A stretch of DNA of 53,424 nucleotides, counting the filler, from Stramenopiles sp. TOSAG23-2 (lineage: Eukaryota), in assembly GCA_900128395.1 (NCBI GenBank). It is 3 parts of 3 records of this genome, joined end to end, with 100 filler letters (N's around TTAATTAATTAA, not from the genome) between each part and the next. Parts side by side here need not be neighbours in the genome. Positions count along the whole stretch, not along the records: positions 35,712 to 53,424 come from LT649629.1; 2 more parts are not named here. One strand, written 5' to 3'. Position numbers and translations under genes: made by a program. Positions 38,624-51,800 of this stretch are shown piece by piece. The number at the start of each line of letters is the position of its first letter. Within the stretch, counting starts at the first letter, position 1. The notes below the pieces were generated by a model. That model had not been told where the DNA came from. It saw only the letters and a program-made list of their open reading frames with translations, and searched no databases.

Positions 38624-39465
38624 ATGGATAGTAATAAAGTATAAAGAAGTAATAATAAAATAAAAAATGTTGCAAAAAGAACAACAGCTATGCATGCACT
38701 TGTTATATATTGCATGTTATAATGTTGTGTGTTAGTGTTGCTACTACTAATACTAACCAGGGGGCAGGGCTAAAAAAAATATCTATTACATCGTACTGTG
38801 CTACTCTGGACACCAGAGATTTTCCTTGCCAGTACCCTGACAAGGAAAATAGTGCTGGAGTGCATCAATAATTATAATAAAATAAAAAATGTTGCAAAAA
38901 GAACAACAGCTATGCATGCACTTGTTATATTGCATGTTATAATGTTGTGTGTTGCTACTACTAATACTAACCAGGGGGCAGGGCTAAAAAAATTTTCCTT
39001 GCCAGTACCCTGACAAGGAAAATAGTGCTGGAGTGCATCAATAATTAACTTTTAAGGCAATCTGGGCGCTTTAAGTTAAAGTACTGCCCTATTGTAAACA
39101 AAGAAACGCCACTACAGAGATAAATATTTTGTAAACCTTAAACTGACCGCAGCATATGGATAGTAATAAAGTATAAAGAAGTAATAATAAAATAAAAAAT
39201 GTTGCAAAAAGAACAACAGCTATGCATGCACTTGTTATATTGCATGTTATAATGTTGTGTGTTGCTACTACTAATACTAACCAGGGGGCAGGGCTAAAAA
39301 AATTTTCCTTGCCAGTACCCTGACAAGGAAAATAGTGCTGGAGTGCATCAATAATTAACTTTTAAGGCAATCTGGGCGCTTTAAGTTAAAGTACTGCCCT
39401 ATTGTAAACAAAGAAACGCCACTACAGAGATAAATATTTTGTAAACCTTAAACTGACCGCAGCAT
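38624..39465. repeat. Imperfect tandem repeat, 310-bp period, about three units
   Basis: 38875-39155 and 39185-39465 are identical; 38624-38873 is a variant with an insertion. Each unit has TTTCCTTG-ccagtaccctga-CAAGGAAA. Confidence 0.9.
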
Positions 39466-39875
39466 GACGTACAACCAAAAAGAACGTACAGTACTATGTA
39501 GTATGAATAATATTTACACTTCGAATAATTTCTAATTTTGTATCAGTTTAAATTTTTTTGCTTTTTATATTTAATAACAGTAAAAGAGTATAATGTATGT
39601 AATAATAATGATATTATTTTCTAATAAATTAGCATGAAAACACTATTATTAATATCGATATTAGTGTTGTCTCTATATATTTCGGTTGTATTATTATTAT
39701 ATTGTTATTACTATTATTAATACTAATATTTGATCAATACACATATTTAAATCTTAAAACCCTTCTAATATAGTAATATATAAAAGTTAAATTATTCTGA
39801 AGCTATCTATCCAAATTCTTTCCCCATTTTACTAAATTATTCTTTCTTTGAAAGTTAAGAAAATAAGTAATTAAT

Positions 39876-42800
39876 ATGAAACGAAATGCGAAACTGAGTC
39901 AATCAGAACCTATACTAGGTTTTACACCTGCAGTAGATGAGAAAACAGAAGAAAAATCTCAAGTAAAATCTGCTTGGGGGGAGAAATCTAATAATGTTTC
40001 AAGCCAGAGAAGATCTGGTAGATCTGCACCTCGTATGCCACAGATGAAGCTTGGTAATCTTCTCCCACGTTTAGATTTGGAGCCTGTTGTAAATGCAATA
40101 AAAGTTGGGGACGAAGAAGATAACAGGAAGAGAAAAAAGAAAGGGAAAAAAGTCGCAATGTCACCAAAAAAGTTAAAGCAATCTATGAAAAATTTAAAAC
40201 CAGAAACTTTGCTGAAGCCATCGAAATCTATGACTGTTATTAAAAGTCCGACCAATTCAAAATTTGGCCCCCCACCATCTTCCCCTAATAGCAAACGTGG
40301 AACTCAAAGTCCGATGAAATCATCGATAAAACAAGGAAGCAGCAAAGTGTCAGCAACTCTTACTCCATCTTTATTCACGAAAGATTTAGGTGGGCTTCCC
40401 TCTTTACACACTGCGTATGATGTTATCGCATATTTTGCTAAAAATGGCAATACTACACCTTTGAAGTTTGTATACTTGAATAAGGCGGAAACAGGCACAG
40501 ACTGGCGTCCATATGATCTGAATGTTGTAACAGCTGCCGAAGTGCAAGAAGAACATTATATTTTTTCCAGCAAAGGTGTCATGCATTTTACTAGTAAGCG
40601 TGGGCAAGAACACGTTAAAAAAGAGGACAGGGAAGAAAAGCCAACAAATATAATGACCCTTGCTCGCTGGACATATGAAGCAGCTGTGTTCAAAATGCTT
40701 CGCAGTTTTGCTACTTTTAAAAATTATTTAATTTGGAAAATGATGAAAAACTGGAGAACCGCAGTTAAATATATCCGATATTGCAAAATTCGAAGAACTG
40801 TTGGAAAGAAATTATTTATTTTAAAAAAATTATTTCAAAACACAATTTTATCGGTATTAAAAAAAGCTGCGATATTTCAACAAACTTTGCTTTTCAATAT
40901 GTCATTCAAAAAAACTGTTACGCTAGATGCCTTTGAGAATTTACAAGAAACAAGGCTTCGAGAGGTTTCTGAAGCACTTGATAAAATGTGTCAAGAATCA
41001 TTTGCAGAAGCTTCTGATGTAAGTGGCCATATTAAAGATGAATTAAAGTCGTTAAGAAAGCGTTTAGCAGAACCAAGTGAAAAAAAATCAATGGCAGATG
41101 AAAGGATCGAAAGAGAGGGATTAATGGCAGCAATAGCGGAGCTAATAGGAGACAAGACACGTATACTTAAATTTTTAAAATTAATTGATCGCATGCTCAT
41201 AGAAAGCGCATTTGTACATGCATTAGATACATTTACTCGTTTCGTATCGCTTTGCCAAAATCAATCGCCTGCATTGCGCCTGGGCGTTTTAAAAATATCC
41301 GTGAGTCTTGGTCCAAACGGCGCTAGATTTTATCCCTCCGAAGCAGCTTTGACATCTAGAATCGACGAAGTTACAGACTCGATGTTGAAAACTCTAAACA
41401 ATGCTCCACGCTTATCACTTTCCGCCAATATGAAGCTGCCTTTATCTGCTGGCGATTTGTTGTTTAAAGATGAAAAAATGCAGAAGCTAAGAGCTGCGTT
41501 ACGTATGACTGCATCTAAAGCTTACGTCGCAGCAAGGACATATGGCGAAGGGTTTGAGAAATATAGAAATTTGTACGAATTTGTATCCGATTTTGATACA
41601 GAGGAGTACGGTGCAGAAAATCCGTCATTTGCAAAGCTATCGGCAGATCTCGATCAACTCGGAAAGTGGGATAAAGATATCCAAACAATGCGCTTGGAAA
41701 GAAATGTAGCCCCACTTTTGCTGGTGGGAGCACGTAGTTTTAAACAAACACTCGTTGATAAGATCGCAGTTCCACAAAAGGCGATTATGGGCTTAATACT
41801 AGGAGAAGGTCGCATTTTAGGACATGAAATCATTAAAGAATATAAAGATATATGTACTAAATTAACTATCAAGGAATCTATAAGTTTAAACAAACAAGCA
41901 GATTTTGTTGCAGAGTTAAAATTTGCCGAAGATGAAGAACAGAAATTGGAACAAAAAGTAGAATTGGTTCAAAATATCTATAGACGGCTGGACAAGATGG
42001 AAGTTAAAGTACCTTTAGACGATCGCACTCAATTAGACGATGTACTCGAATGGGGCGACAAATTTCGTGCAACCACGGAGGATGGAAGAATTTATGTGAA
42101 AGAACAGGCATCCAAATACGAAGATAAATTAAATGAAAATATTGCCGCATTAGAGAAGCAATGCGGAGAAATAACTGGTACATTGAACCAAAGCCCATAT
42201 GTAGATGTAATGGACGAAGATCCATCAATTGAATTCACTACGATGATTATGGAATCTTTAGACCATGTTAAACAGAACATGGAAAGCTTGGAGGCCCAAG
42301 TAACTCAACTGTCTAAGATTAAATCACTTTTTGATAATATGGAATACATCTGCACCCCTATGGACACGTTGAAAATGGTTTATGAAGGAAAGCGTAACAC
42401 TTGGGACCTGTGTCAAAAATGGCGCACCCAACTCCATGATTGGTTTTATTCGGACGTTACCGTCATTTTCAACCCCGAAGCTAATAAAACAGGGTTAGAT
42501 GCAAACGGTTTGGAAAAAGTTATTGATGAATATTTTGGAGATGCAAATGCGATTCGAAGAAAATCTCAAGATGATCCAGTAATCAATAATTTATTAACTG
42601 AAATAAAGGTATATCGCCAAAAGCAAACTATGATGGGTCAGTTAGGACACCCAAGTTTACTTCCTAGACACTGGGAATCGCTATTCAAAATTTTAGACGA
42701 AGAATACAACGAAAGCGAGGAGATTACCCTAATGAAATTAGGCGAAGCTGGTGTCTTTGAAGATGGTAAATTAGAAATGTTAGATGAGGTGTGTGCAGTT

Positions 42801-45800
42801 GCAGGAAAAGAGTATTCTTTACAAAAAGCTATGGATAAAATGGAGGAAGAATGGGCAGAGCAAGAATTCGGCTTGAAAGCTTATAAAGAAACTGGCACAT
42901 ATATATTAGCTAGTTTAGAAGAAATAGAAGGAATTCTCGATGACCAAATTGTACGTTCCCAAGCAATGCGTGGTAGTCGTTTTATTAAACCATTCGAAGC
43001 AAGAATCATAGCATGGGAGAAAAAGTTAAAGCTGTTGGAAGAAATTCTAGAAAATTGGTTAAAAGTTCAAGGAACTTGGCTATATCTAGAACCAATTTTT
43101 AGTTCACCAGATATTCGAAAGCAAATGCCGGCAGAAGCGAAACGATTTGCTGTTGTTGATCGTGTTTGGCGCGAGTTAATGGAGGAAACCAGTGGCTCCA
43201 CCGCAGTTTTGAATGTAACCGAGCGCGAAGGAACGCTAGAAGGTTTAATAAACTCTAATGGACTCTTAAATCAAATTCAAAAAGGTTTAGCGGATTATTT
43301 AAATAAAAAAAGAATTTTCTTTCCACGATTTTTCTTCTTATCGAATGACGAGTTGTTAGAAATTTTATCTGAAACCAAAGATCCACTAAAAGTATTACCT
43401 CATTTAAAAAAATGTTTCGAAGGTGTCTATTCATTGGAATTCTCAAAAACGTTAGATATATTAGCAATGATAAGTAAGGAAAAAGAGAGCGTTAAGTTTA
43501 CCTATGAAGCTGTAAATGAGGAAATTATTAATCCGGACGATGCCCACGGTTGCGTTGAAATATGGCTGGACCGAATTCAAACTGTAATGCGAAAAACAAT
43601 GGCTCATTTGTTTGATCAATCTATGGAAGATTATGCGGTAAAAGAAGCCGATGGCAAACGGACGGAATGGTTAAAATTGTGGCCAGGTCAAATTGTTCTG
43701 GGTGTATCACAAACATATTGGACAACCGAAACAACCAAAGCGTTAAGGGATGGAGGCGTGGAAGGAGCTCGTAAATATTGTGATGTGTTGCAAGGTTATA
43801 TTAATGATATTATTGCCATGGTGAGAGGAAAAATTTCAAAGGCCGTTAAGAAAACAGTCAGTCCGTTAGTCGTATTAGATAAGCATGCGTTAGAAGCAGT
43901 TAAGGATCTTGTAAAAATGGGTATTAGCAGCCCAAATGACTTCGATTGGTTATGTCAGTTACGCTACTACTGGACTAAAGGCGGAGAATCTGCTCAAAGC
44001 GGAAATCCAGGTTCTGTTTTGGTTAAAATGATCAATGCTTTTAGGGAATACGCATTTGAATATTTAGGAAATTCCATGCGTTTAGTTGTTACCCCGTTGA
44101 CAGATAGGTGTTATCGTACATTAATGGGAGCAATTCATTTAGATTATGGTGGTGCACCAGCTGGACCAGCAGGTACGGGAAAAACCGAAACGGTGAAAGA
44201 TTTAGGTAAAGCATGTGCTATCCAATGTGTTGTATATAATTGTTCAGATTCATTAGATTATAAGGCGATGGGAAAGTTTTTTAAAGGTCTTGCTGGCACA
44301 GGGGCGTGGTCGTGCTTCGATGAATTTAATAGGATTAATTTAGAAGTTTTGTCTGTAATTGCACAGCAGATTTTGACTATTACTCGCGCAAAGGTTGCTA
44401 GATTAGATAGATTTGATTTTGAAGGTGAAAATATTATTTTACGCCGAACATGTAATGTATTTGTTACTATGAACCCAGGTTATGCCGGTCGACAAGAGTT
44501 GCCAGATAATTTAAAAGCTCTTTTCCGGGCTGTGGCTATGATGGTTCCCGACTATGCCATGATTGGTGAAATTATTTTGTACAGTATGGGATATTTAGAA
44601 GGGGGTCCTATGGCAAATAAAATTGTGATGACATATAAACTTTGTTCGGAACAATTGTCTAATCAAAGGCATTATGATTATGGTATGCGAGCAGTAATAG
44701 CCGTTTTACGAGCTGCTGGTAATTTAAAATCAAAGTTCCCGGAAGAAGAAGAAAGTAAATTATGTTTGAGATCCATTATTGACGTCAATTTACCGAAATT
44801 TTTGGCTCCAGATGTTCCACTATTCAAAGGGATTGTTGGGGATTTATTCCCTGGAGTAGTTTTAGATGAAGTTGATAGAGATGTCATGTTAGCAGTGTTA
44901 AAAGATGAAATAAAAAAGAAGACGTTGCAGCCGACTGATTACTTTATTAGCAAAACTTTTGAAATATATGAAATGATGATTGTTAGGCATGGATTTATGG
45001 TCGTTGGTGAACCATTTGCAGCGAAATCGAACGCGTTAAAAATGCTAGCCGCTACATTATCCACTCTTCATGAACAATACCCAGAGGACAAAAAGTTCAA
45101 TAAAGTTTATTACACTATAATAAATCCTAAATCAGTCACTATGGGACAACTTTATGGCCAATTTGACCCTGTTTCACACGAATGGACAGATGGCGTCTTA
45201 GCAATTAGTTACAGAAATTATGCAGCAGAACCTCCTAAAATTGGAAATGCAGAAGATTTAAAATGGGTATGGTTTGATGGACCTGTAGATGCAATATGGA
45301 TTGAAAATATGAATACTGTTCTAGATGATAATAAAAAATTATGTCTCATGAGTGGTGAGATGATGGCTATGTCGAACACCATGAGTATGATTTTTGAACC
45401 GATGGACTTAGAAGTTGCTTCCCCAGCAACTGTGAGCCGTGTTGGTGTAGTATATATGGAACCATTCCGTATGGGTTGGCAACCTTGTTTAGACTCTTGG
45501 ATTGATGCATTTATTGAATTGCCTGCATCTGTTGATGATGAAGGAAACGTAACAAGACCAGAGGATCCACGGCCATGGACAATTACAGCAGATCAAGCTG
45601 ATATTGTTCGAAAGTTGTACGGTTGGTTAATTGATCCATGTATTTGTTTCGTCAGAAAAATGGTAAGTGAACAAGTTGGGGTTCATGATCAAACATTAGT
45701 TGTAGCCACGTTGAGATTAATGGAATCTATATTTGAAGAAATTTTAGTAAATTCGGATGGTGCAGGTGGTGCAGGAATGAGTGTTAAAGCGAAAGATATG

Positions 45801-48800
45801 TCGGAGGAAGCAGCAAACATGATTACTCTGCGCCGAGAAACGATTGAATGTACCATCTTATTTTCTATAGTATGGTCTATCGGCGCTACTGGCGATGAAG
45901 AAGGTCGTAAGAAATTTAATGAATTTTTGCCTGCGTACTTGGAAGATTCAAGCATAATTGATAAACCAGAAATGAAAGGTGTCAAAACGTTATTAATGCT
46001 AAGAAGTTGGGAAAGTCCAATGAAAAAACAATACAAAGTAAGCAACCCAATGCCTAGTGAGAATACAGTCTATGGTTACTCATACATTCCATCGAATTCA
46101 ACTTGGAAAAGTTGGAATGAACAAGTAGATAAGTCGTTGCCAAGTATGGACGCATCTTTCAGCTCTATTGTCGTTCCTAATGTAATTACAGCGCAGCTTG
46201 GAGTACTCTTGGATTTATTAATCACACACAACTTTACGCCACTTGTGTGTGGCCCAACTGGTACTGGTAAATCAGTGTTTATCAATACAGTTCTTAATAG
46301 TCATTTAGACCAAAATATATACAAACCAATTCAAATTGCTTTCACAGCAAAAACAAGCGCAAACCAAACACAGGATCAAGTAGACCAAAAACTCGACAAA
46401 AGACGAAGAGGTATATACGGTCCAGCATTTGGTTGCAAAGCAATTGTATTCATTGATGATTTGAACATGCCCGAGGTGGAAGAATATGGAGCCCAGCCAC
46501 CTATTGAATTATTGCGCCAAATGATAGACAATGGCGGTTGGTATGATATTCAAGAAAAAGATTTTCATGCCCTGGTGGATGTCCAATTAATATGTGCAAT
46601 GGGTCCACCAGGCGGAGGGAGAAATGCAATCACTCCGAGAATGATGAGACACTTCAGCGTGCTTTGTATCACAGATTTTCATGAAAATGATATTGTCAAT
46701 ATATTTACAACGTTAATGACTTGGAATATGGAGCGTGTGAATTTCGATGCGGAAATCAAAGGAGACATCAATTCATTAATTCAAGCTACTTTAAGTGTTT
46801 ACAAACAATCGCAATCGACGTTGCTCCCAACACCAAAAAAGTCTCATTACACATTTAATCTACGCGATTTTTCAAAAATCATTCAGGGTATTTGTATGGT
46901 AGAGCCATATGAGGGGTTTGATACTAGCGCAATGAGACGTTTATGGGTGCACGAGTCTTCACGTGTAATTATGGATCGTTTGCTTGAATTAGCCGATAAA
47001 GAAATATTCTTAGACATTTTAAGAGATATATCCACTAATATTTTTGATACATCGTTTGACGAATTAATTGGATTTCTAAATCCTGATGGAAGCGAAATAG
47101 CGGATTTATCTGCTCATCGTCGACTGTTTTTTGGTAATTACTTGGATATAAATGCAGCTGTTCCAAAATATGTTGAAATAGAAGATGTTGAAGATTTAGT
47201 TAATAAAATTACAGGAAACTTGGAAGTTTATAACCAGGAAAGTAAAACGAAGATGGATTTAGTATTATTTGTCTTTGCTATAGAGCACGTTTCCCGTATT
47301 TCAAGAGTTGTAGCGATGCCTGGTGGTTGTGCTCTATTAGTTGGCGTTGGTGGTAGTGGTAGACAAAGTTTGACGCGTTTAGCAGCATTCATGTGCAATT
47401 ATAACTTGAAACAAATCGAATTATCTAAAAATTATGCTGTTGTCGATTGGTTAGAAGATTTGAAGGAGCTTTTGATATCAGCAGGTACTGGAAAAAAGGA
47501 CATGGTCTTCTTGTTTAGTGATACGCAAGTCAAATATCCAATATTTATAGAAAACATTAATAGTCTATTAAATTCTGGTTCAGTACCAAATATTTTTGGT
47601 GTAGACGATAAAGCTGCTATTATCGATGGTATGAGGTCAGTTTTGAAAGGAGATCCAAAATTAAAAACTATGTCGAATGCAGAGTTATTTAATAAATATC
47701 TGGAAAGGACAAAACAAAAGTTACATGTTGTTTTGGCCTTCAGTCCTATTGGGGATGCATTTAGGGAGCGTCTACGAAAATTCCCTGCGTTAGTAAATAA
47801 CACAACTATAGACTGGTTTTTCGCATGGCCAAAGGATGCCTTGGTTGCAGTAGCCCAGAAATTTTTCAATGAAATTGAAATGGACGATGAAATCCGAACA
47901 CAGGTTGTACAAACCTGTCAATATATGCACGATAGTGTAAGAGATTTATCTGTTAAATTTGGTAAAGAATTGAAACGTGTAAATTATGTCACACCAACTT
48001 CGTATCTTGAGCTAATTAGATGTTTTAGTGATAATCTAGCTATTTGTCGTGCAAAAGTAATGAAAGCTAAAAATCGATATGCCAACGGTTTAGAGAAGCT
48101 GGCATTTGCAGCAGAACAAGTAAGTGCAATGCAAGAAGAATTGACCGCTAAGCTCCCAGTGTTAGCGGAAGCAAAAAAAGAAACAGATGCACTAATGATT
48201 GATATCCAGGAAAAACTCCCAGGGGTAAAAAAAATGGAGAAAAATGTAGGAGCAGAAGCTGCCGTGGTGAAGGTCCAAGCAGACACTTGTGCTAAGATGA
48301 AGAAAGAGTGCGAAGATGACCTTGCTGAAGCGATACCGTTGCTTGAAAGTGCATTAAAAGCATTAAATACATTGAAAAAATCTGATATCGATGAAGTAAA
48401 AAATATGAAATCTCCTCCTTCTGGTGTCATTTTGACATTATCAGCGGTTTGTCAAATGATGAAAGTGAAGCCAGATAAAATAAAAGACCCTGAAGGAGGA
48501 ACAAAGAAGGTATTAGACTACTGGGGTCCATCGAAAAAGCATCTACTAAATGATAGCAAATTCATTCAAAGATTAAAAGATTATGATAAAGACAACATCG
48601 ACCCAAAAATCATTAAAATCTTAAGGAAAAAATTCATCCCAAATGAAGATTTTCAACCGGAACGGGTAAAAAAAGCGTCTGTTGCAGCACACGGTTTATG
48701 CAAATGGGTCCGTGCCATGGAAGCGTATGACCGTGTTGCAAAGGTTGTAGGGCCAAAAAAAGAAAAATTGAAAGAGACGGAAGCGGAGTTAAAGGTGACA

Positions 48801-51800
48801 TTGGATGCGTTGGGTAAAAAAGAGGCTGCTTTGAAGGAAGTCAAAGATAATCTAGCACAACTTGAAACAGCATTTTCAGAAGCAACTGCCAAAAAAGAGC
48901 AATTGGAAGAAGATGTTGATCTTTGTGAGAAAAAATTAGTGAGAGCCAAACAGTTGATCGACGGTCTCGGTGGAGAGCAATCTAGGTGGACAATAAATGT
49001 GGCACATTTATCTGATGATTATGAAAATGTCACCGGAAATGTATTAATGTCTGCAGGTTTAATTGCATATCTCGGGGCATTTACTGCAAGTTATCGAAAA
49101 GGAATTATCTTAGAATGGGCAAACCTTTGTAAAGGTCGTAAAATTCCATGTGCTGACAATCCATCCTTACTTCGTACGCTTGGTGACCCTGTTGTCATTA
49201 GGCAATGGAACGCCCAAGGATTGCCGACAGATGGATTTTCAGTGGATAACGCAATTGTTGTTTTTAACTCACGACGTTGGCCATTGATGATTGACCCACA
49301 AGGCCAAGCGAATAAGTGGATCAGAACTTTAGAACGGGAAAACGCATTGAAAGTAGTAAAATTGACCCAAAACCAATATATGCGTACGATAGAAAATGCT
49401 GTACAATTTGGTGCTCCTATCTTATTAGAAAATGTGGGAGAAATCTTGGATCCTACTTTAGAACCATTATTACAAAAAGCCGTATTCAAACAAGGTGGTG
49501 TAATGTGCATTCGACTTGGCGATAGTACCGTAGAGTATTCTGATAGTTTCCGCTTTTATATTACTACGAAACTTACGAATCCACACTATTTACCGGAAGT
49601 ATCTGTAAAAGTTACTTTGTTGAATTTCATGATCACCCCAGAAGGTTTACAAGACCAATTGCTTGCTATTGTGGTCAAAGAGGAACGGCCAGAACTTGCA
49701 GAGGAGAAAGAACGACTTATAGTCGAAGGTGCAGAAAATGCGAAAGCGTTAAAAGATGTGGAAGACGAAATTCTCCATATTCTTTCAACATCAGAAGGCA
49801 ATATTTTAGAAGATGAAAGTGCAATTAAAGCATTGAATATGTCCAAAGAAATTAGTGCTGATATCAAAGAAAAGCAAGCTATTGTTGATGAAACAGAGAA
49901 GAAAATTGATTTAGTTCGGACAGGTTATATCCCGATAGCCTATCACTCACAAATATTGTATTTTTGTATTGCAGATTTAGCCAATGTGGAACCAACATAC
50001 CAATATGCTTTGGAATGGTTTTCAAAATTATTTATCACCAGTATCAGGACAAGTGAATCGGCAAGCGACGTCAAAGAACGGCTACAAATTCTGGAACGCC
50101 ACTTTACATATTCATTATACAACAATATATGTCGATCTTTATTGGAAAAAGATAAACTTTTGTTTTCTTTCTTATTATCTATCCGCATCAAGATGGGTAG
50201 AAACGAAGTGGATCAAACAGAATGGTACTTTTTACTGACTGGTGGTATTGGAGGAGATAATCCACATCCTAATCCTGCAGCTGAATGGCTAAGTGCAAAG
50301 TCATGGGATGAATTATGTAGGTTAAGCGACCTAAAAGCTTTCCAAGGATTTAAAGAATACTTTCAAGCAAAAACCGATGGATTCCGGGAAATATACGATT
50401 CTTCAAACGCCCATACGGTTCCTATTCCAGGCTCGTGGAATGATAGATTAAATTTAATTCAGAAGCTTCTTATATTGCGATGTATACGACCAGACAAAGT
50501 TATATTAGCATGCCAGAATTATGTCATAGCAGAAATGGGGGAGAAGTACGTGAAACCACCAACATTTAATTTACAATTGTGTTTTGATGATTCCACAGCA
50601 ATAACACCATTGGTATTTGTTCTTTCTGCGGGCTCTGATCCAACGGGAGCAGTTCAAAAGTTTGGAGATGATTCCAATGCAAAATACAACATGATTTCTC
50701 TAGGTCAAGGCCAAGGACCAAAAGCGGAGAAGCTAATGGATATGGCACAAAGCGATGGTTCGTGGGTAATTTTGCAAAATGCACATTTAGCTATTAGTTG
50801 GATGCCATCATTAGAAAGAGTATGTGAAAGTTTTGATCCTGACAGAATACATGCAGATTTCAGATTGTGGATTACGACATATCCAGATCCTGGATTTCCA
50901 ATCTCCATCCTGCAAAATGCTATTAAAATGACATTTGAACCACCAAGTGGATTGAGAGCAAACTTGCTTGGCTCCTATTTTATGGACCCTATTGTCGACC
51001 CTGAATTTTTTGGATTCACGTTTTCAGATGAGAGCCTAGGACCAGTTTACAGACGTTTAATGTACGGTTTGTGCTTCTTCCATGCCTTGGTGCAAGAAAG
51101 AAGAGAATTTGGAGCATTAGGATGGAATAATCCGTATGAATTCAATGAATCCGATTTGAAAATTTCAGTGAAACAATTGCAAATTTTTCTTGAATTGTAC
51201 GACGAGATTCCGTTCAAGGCATTGAATTATTCCACTGGGCAATGTAATTACGGTGGCCGTGTAACGGATGACAAAGATCGCCGTGCATTGATGGCAATTT
51301 TGAAAAATTTCTACCGACCGGAAGTACTTGATGAAGGACACAAATTGTCCGCATCAGGAGCATGGGTAATGCCACCGGATATGAATTATGAAGGATACGT
51401 TGCCTTCATTGAAAAATTACCGCTCGTTGTCGACCCAGAAGTATTCAATTTGCATGAAAATGCTAATATAACAAAAGATATGGGTTATACAAATAATCTG
51501 TTTGCCTCCATTTTACTAACACAATCATCCTCTGGTGGTGGTGGTGGTGACGAAAAGTCACAGGAAGACGTGACATACGAGGTCGCCGAAGCAAATTTGA
51601 AAAAACTTCCACCTGAATTTGACATGGAATTAGCAGAATTAAAGTATCCAATTCAATGGAATCAATCAATGAACACTGTGCTTGTACAAGAGTTGTTGCG
51701 ATACAATAAATTAAATAAGATCATTAAAGTTTCATTGAAAAATACAATGGATGGAATGAAAGGTATAATAGTCTTATCAGAGCAACTTGAAAGATTAGGC

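Noticed and set aside
38552-38695. 48-aa N-terminal extension of the RING-WW ORF
   Set aside because: It overlaps the non-coding tandem repeat unit; the ATG at 38551 just before the zinc finger is more plausible.
38624-39465. Hairpin repeats as a CRISPR array
   Set aside because: The intervening sequences are repeated rather than unique, the period is 310 bp, there are no cas genes and the context is eukaryotic.
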